NCBI GenBank assembly: GCA_028534125.1
Contig: CM052839.1
Location: 10,540,001 to 10,604,000, forward strand
Source: Lama glama
Lineage: Eukaryota
Direction of reading: 5' to 3'
Length of the DNA stretch: 64,000 bases
This document shows, one piece after another, positions 60,769 through 64,000 of this stretch. Made by a program: the position numbers and the translations under genes. The notes beneath the pieces are model-generated. The model saw only the letters and a program-made list of their open reading frames with translations, did not search any database and had not been told where the DNA came from. Each line of letters opens with the position of its first letter. Position 1 is the first letter of the stretch.

Positions 60769-62341
60769 GTTGGCACCCGGATTCCCCACAACCTCTCCCT
60801 GGGGGCTGGATGGCACCAAGTCACAAGGAAGAGGAAGAGTGCATTTTTCTCAGGGCAGGGACGTAATTTGGGTCCAAAAAGTTCTCACACTTGAATTTTT
60901 TTATTATCACAGCTGGTAACTCACAAAGGTTTTCTCAGTCCTGCTGGGATACTTGGCGAGACCAGTCTCCTTTCCCCTCTGCCCAAGGCCCAGCTCGAGC
61001 AGGGGTAGGAGTGGTGAATTTTAACCTCCTTAATGAGCTTAACGGCCTGGTATTAGGTCAGCAGCAAAGCCCAGCAGTTGAGAACGCTGCCTGTGGAGTC
61101 GAGTGTCCCTCTGCCACAGCCTCATCACTGCTTGTTAGCTGCGTGCGCCTGGGCACATCACTCACCTGCCCTGGGCCTCCCTTTCCCTCCGTGCAGTCGT
61201 GGAAAGAAGAGGACCTACCTTGGAGAGTTGCTGGGTGGTTGTGAGGCCCCAGCACAGTCCTGAACAGCAAGGCTCCCATCGTGCCTCCCTGTGCTGAGAA
61301 ATCCGCCTGTGAGCATCCAGGCACCCAGAAGCAGCTTCTTGGATCCCACGCTCTGTCTCCCCTTCCTTAGGGACCCTCAGTGTAAACCTCACGGAGTGCG
61401 TCTGTAAACAGAGGCCTTACAACGTTTGGGTGATCCACCCCTCAAATTCACTTCTTTTACCTCCAGGGAGCAGGACTTTGAGAAAACAGTGAGCGTGTTT
61501 AGAGAGTAAAAAAATCACTCACATCTGTGGAGCACGTTGCAGGCTGCAAAGTGCTGTGACATTCATGATCTTGGTCATTCTCAGGTGAACCTTGCAAAGT
61601 GGGCAGGCAGAGCCTTATTAATTTACTATTATTATTTAAAGATGTGGGCTTATGCTCAGGGAGGTTAACTGAGTCATCAAAGGTCACCCAACCCAGGACC
61701 AGAAGCTAATTATTTGACTCCTAGGCCAGCATTGTTCCATCAGTGCATGTTTGTCAGCCAGGACTCCTATGACTGGAAGTGTAAGAAACCCAACCAGAAT
61801 TAGCATCAACAGAAAGATAACTTATTGGCTCATGTACTTCAAAAGTCAACAGTAAGGCCTTGGTAAGGTCGCCAGGATCCAGTTATTTCAGCCCTTCCCT
61901 ATGGTGGTAAAGGTGGCTGTCCAGTGGCTTCAGACACACAGCTTTCCAGGTTCCAGTCTCTCATAGACAGGGAAATAGTTCTGGATGAAGAATTCTTGCA
62001 CTCAAATAATTTTACTGTAGAAAGCCGGTAAGTCACAAAAAGTACCTCGGGAGAATACCTGCCTAGCCAGCCCCAGCTGCCCCAACAAAAGTCTCACTGT
62101 GTTTCCTTATCTCTGGCTGGTCACTTGTCATCTCTTGCTGGTATCTTGTCATCCTTGAGCCAATCACTGACAGTTTGGCTTGAACCCAGGTCCCAGCCCA
62201 CCTATGGAACTGAGGATGGGGTCTGATGTTTCCTATATTATGCTTCTGAAAAATGTTGCTTGGGCAGTTACTCACTTCAGAGTCATGGGGTGTCCTGCAC
62301 CTGCGGCCAGGCTTGGTGACACTAACCTGTTTGCATTCCAG

Positions 62342-62575
62342 GCCTCTCGTTACCTCAGCCCAGAAGACCTCTTGAGAAGTGAAGTAGAAGAAAGTCAGAG
62401 AAAACTACAGGTGGTTGTGGACACCTTGAAATTCTTCAAGCAGGTGTTTCAGGACAGAAGGGAGAATCTCCAGTCTTACTTCAAAGAGAACCAGGAAGTC
62501 CGGGGGTGGGATTTCCAGTCCTCTTTGGTCTTCATGCGATTGGATGGCTTCCTGGGGCGACTGCACATGGTGCAG
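62342..62575 (+). CDS. DNAH9: DNAH9 exon 6 (234 nt): ASRYLSPEDLLRSEVEESQRKLQ...WDFQSSLVFMRLDGFLGRLHMVQ; gene continues beyond the window
   Basis: Branch point CTAAC, ttgcattccAG acceptor, GTGAGT donor, phase 0/0. Exons 1-6 total 1350 nt with no stop. Confidence 0.96.
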
Positions 62576-62865
62576 GTGAGTGTTCTTATTCACATCAGGG
62601 CCCTGGCTCTGCGCAGAAGTGAGAAATCCAGGGATCCAGATAGAATAAGAAAAGGCCTGAGGCAACATGGTGGCCAGCCCTCCACTGATTGGAAGAACAC
62701 ATAAGTGTCAATAAATAATTTGGATTGGTCATCATGTAATGATAGTTCTAGAAGTTTAGGTAATTCTGATCATGGATTCATTTCAGAAGAATGCCCAAGG
62801 AATCAGTCCACAAATTCAGTTGGTAAAAATTACCCATAATCTTCAAACTTTGTTTCAAATAAACT

Positions 62866-64000
62866 TGTTGCTGAATGCAGGTTTGTGTGCCCGACACACA
62901 GTGAGGGCAAAAAAATACCAAAATGTCAGAGTTTGGAGCAAAGAAATGTTTATTGTTGGGCTGAGTAAGGAGAACCGGTGGCTGATGCCCAAAAAACACC
63001 CCTAAACTCACCAAAGGGTTTCAGCTGAGCATTTTTAAAGGCCAGCTGAGGGAGGGGTGCCCCAGAGGATGTGATCAGCTGAGCACAGTCCTTTGGCTGG
63101 TTGATGGTGAGCAATCCTTAGGGGCCAGAAGTTCTGGGGGCTCCTGCTCATGATCATCAAGTAGTTAATTTTTTCCATTTGGAGGTGGTTTTTAGCATCT
63201 GAAAAACTCTGGAAATCTGCATGAGATTTTATTATCTGGGTGCTTCAGAGAGGAGCTACAGCAGAGGATATGGGGGAGGGGTCTGTCCTGGGAAGACCCC
63301 AGAGGTTCCTGCTGGGTTACAATTCCCCCCTTTTCTTTGATCTCCTCAATCTTGAGGAGAACAGGTATTGGACAAAAAGTGAAGTAATATTTTGGATAGA
63401 GGTTAATTACAACCTCAGCAGAGGAACTCAGTTTCAGTCTCCAGTCCTGTTTCATCTCTCCCCACATCTTTCAGTGAATGGGGCTTCGACTGCTCTGGAC
63501 ACTTCCTGCTGAAATGGGGCATAGTCCTACCTTGATTTAAGGAATGGACACTGAGTTGGAAATATTTCCAAGTTCTAAGTCCTGGCTTCAAGTCTTGTTT
63601 ATTAAGGTCTCATTCTCTGATGAATTCAGGAGAGTAAGTCTGAAAACCAGTCTGGACCTGGCACTTTGGGGGAGACTTGTAGCCAGGTAGCCAGTTGTTT
63701 ACTGTCATCTGAGTAGGTTTTAACTTTTGACGTGGGATTAACATACATATGTCACAAGAGCTATTAGCCACTACACATCTCCTTTTCTTTGCTAACATCT
63801 GATCTAAAAGTTTTACTGTCTAAAAATTTAAATTACACGAGGAGACCTTGAGCTCATAAGGTTGCAGCTGCCATCTGCCAGCAGACACTGCTTTGAGAAT
63901 GGCTGGTTGCATTCTGAGTATGACACAGCTCTGAAAATTCAAGCTCCCAATAATACAGGAACGTGTTTGAAATCAGGTCCACAGTGGCCACCTAGTTTTA
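62866..64000 (-). mobile_element. ERV1-class provirus fragment in DNAH9 intron 6: 3' LTR (62866-63321), polypurine tract (63322-63340) and decayed env region running to the window end
   Basis: LTR reads TGTTG...TTACA. On the minus strand TCAAAGAAAAGGGGGGAAT directly precedes TGTAAC. Minus-strand translation near 63700-63830 gives LDS...LDQMLAKK..CVVANSSC, resembling the TM immunosuppressive and CX6CC region. Confidence 0.8.

Overview
Mammalian (eutherian) genomic DNA with a 500-N assembly gap at 11317-11816; it is not prokaryotic. The window holds the 3' part of SHISA6 (+ strand: three coding exons at 16671-16727, 20552-20704 and 22414-22964, then a ~5.2 kb 3' UTR ending near 28230). About 19 kb of repeat-rich intergenic DNA follows, then the CpG-island promoter and coding exons 1-6 of DNAH9 (+ strand, 47184-62575). 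All splice sites are GT-AG with consistent phases. The rest is mostly old transposon relics (L1, L2, MIR, MaLR/ERV LTRs, hAT MITEs). The young L1 3' end resembles camelid L1 as I recall it, and I saw no Alu, Bov-tA/BovB, PRE-1 or Can-SINE, so a camelid is a tentative guess. Almost all short six-frame ORFs are noise. I found no convincing new multi-gene system. The best second-look items are: a CpG-retaining LTR-like promoter cassette in DNAH9 intron 1; twin RFX X-boxes at the DNAH9 promoter; an RE1/REST-like site in an L2 relic near SHISA6 exon 4; a tiny retroposed mRNA 3' end; a probable L1 3' transduction; a locally templated 170-bp duplication; and an ERV with an env remnant in DNAH9 intron 6. 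Repeat family names and orthologue comparisons are from memory, not from a database search.
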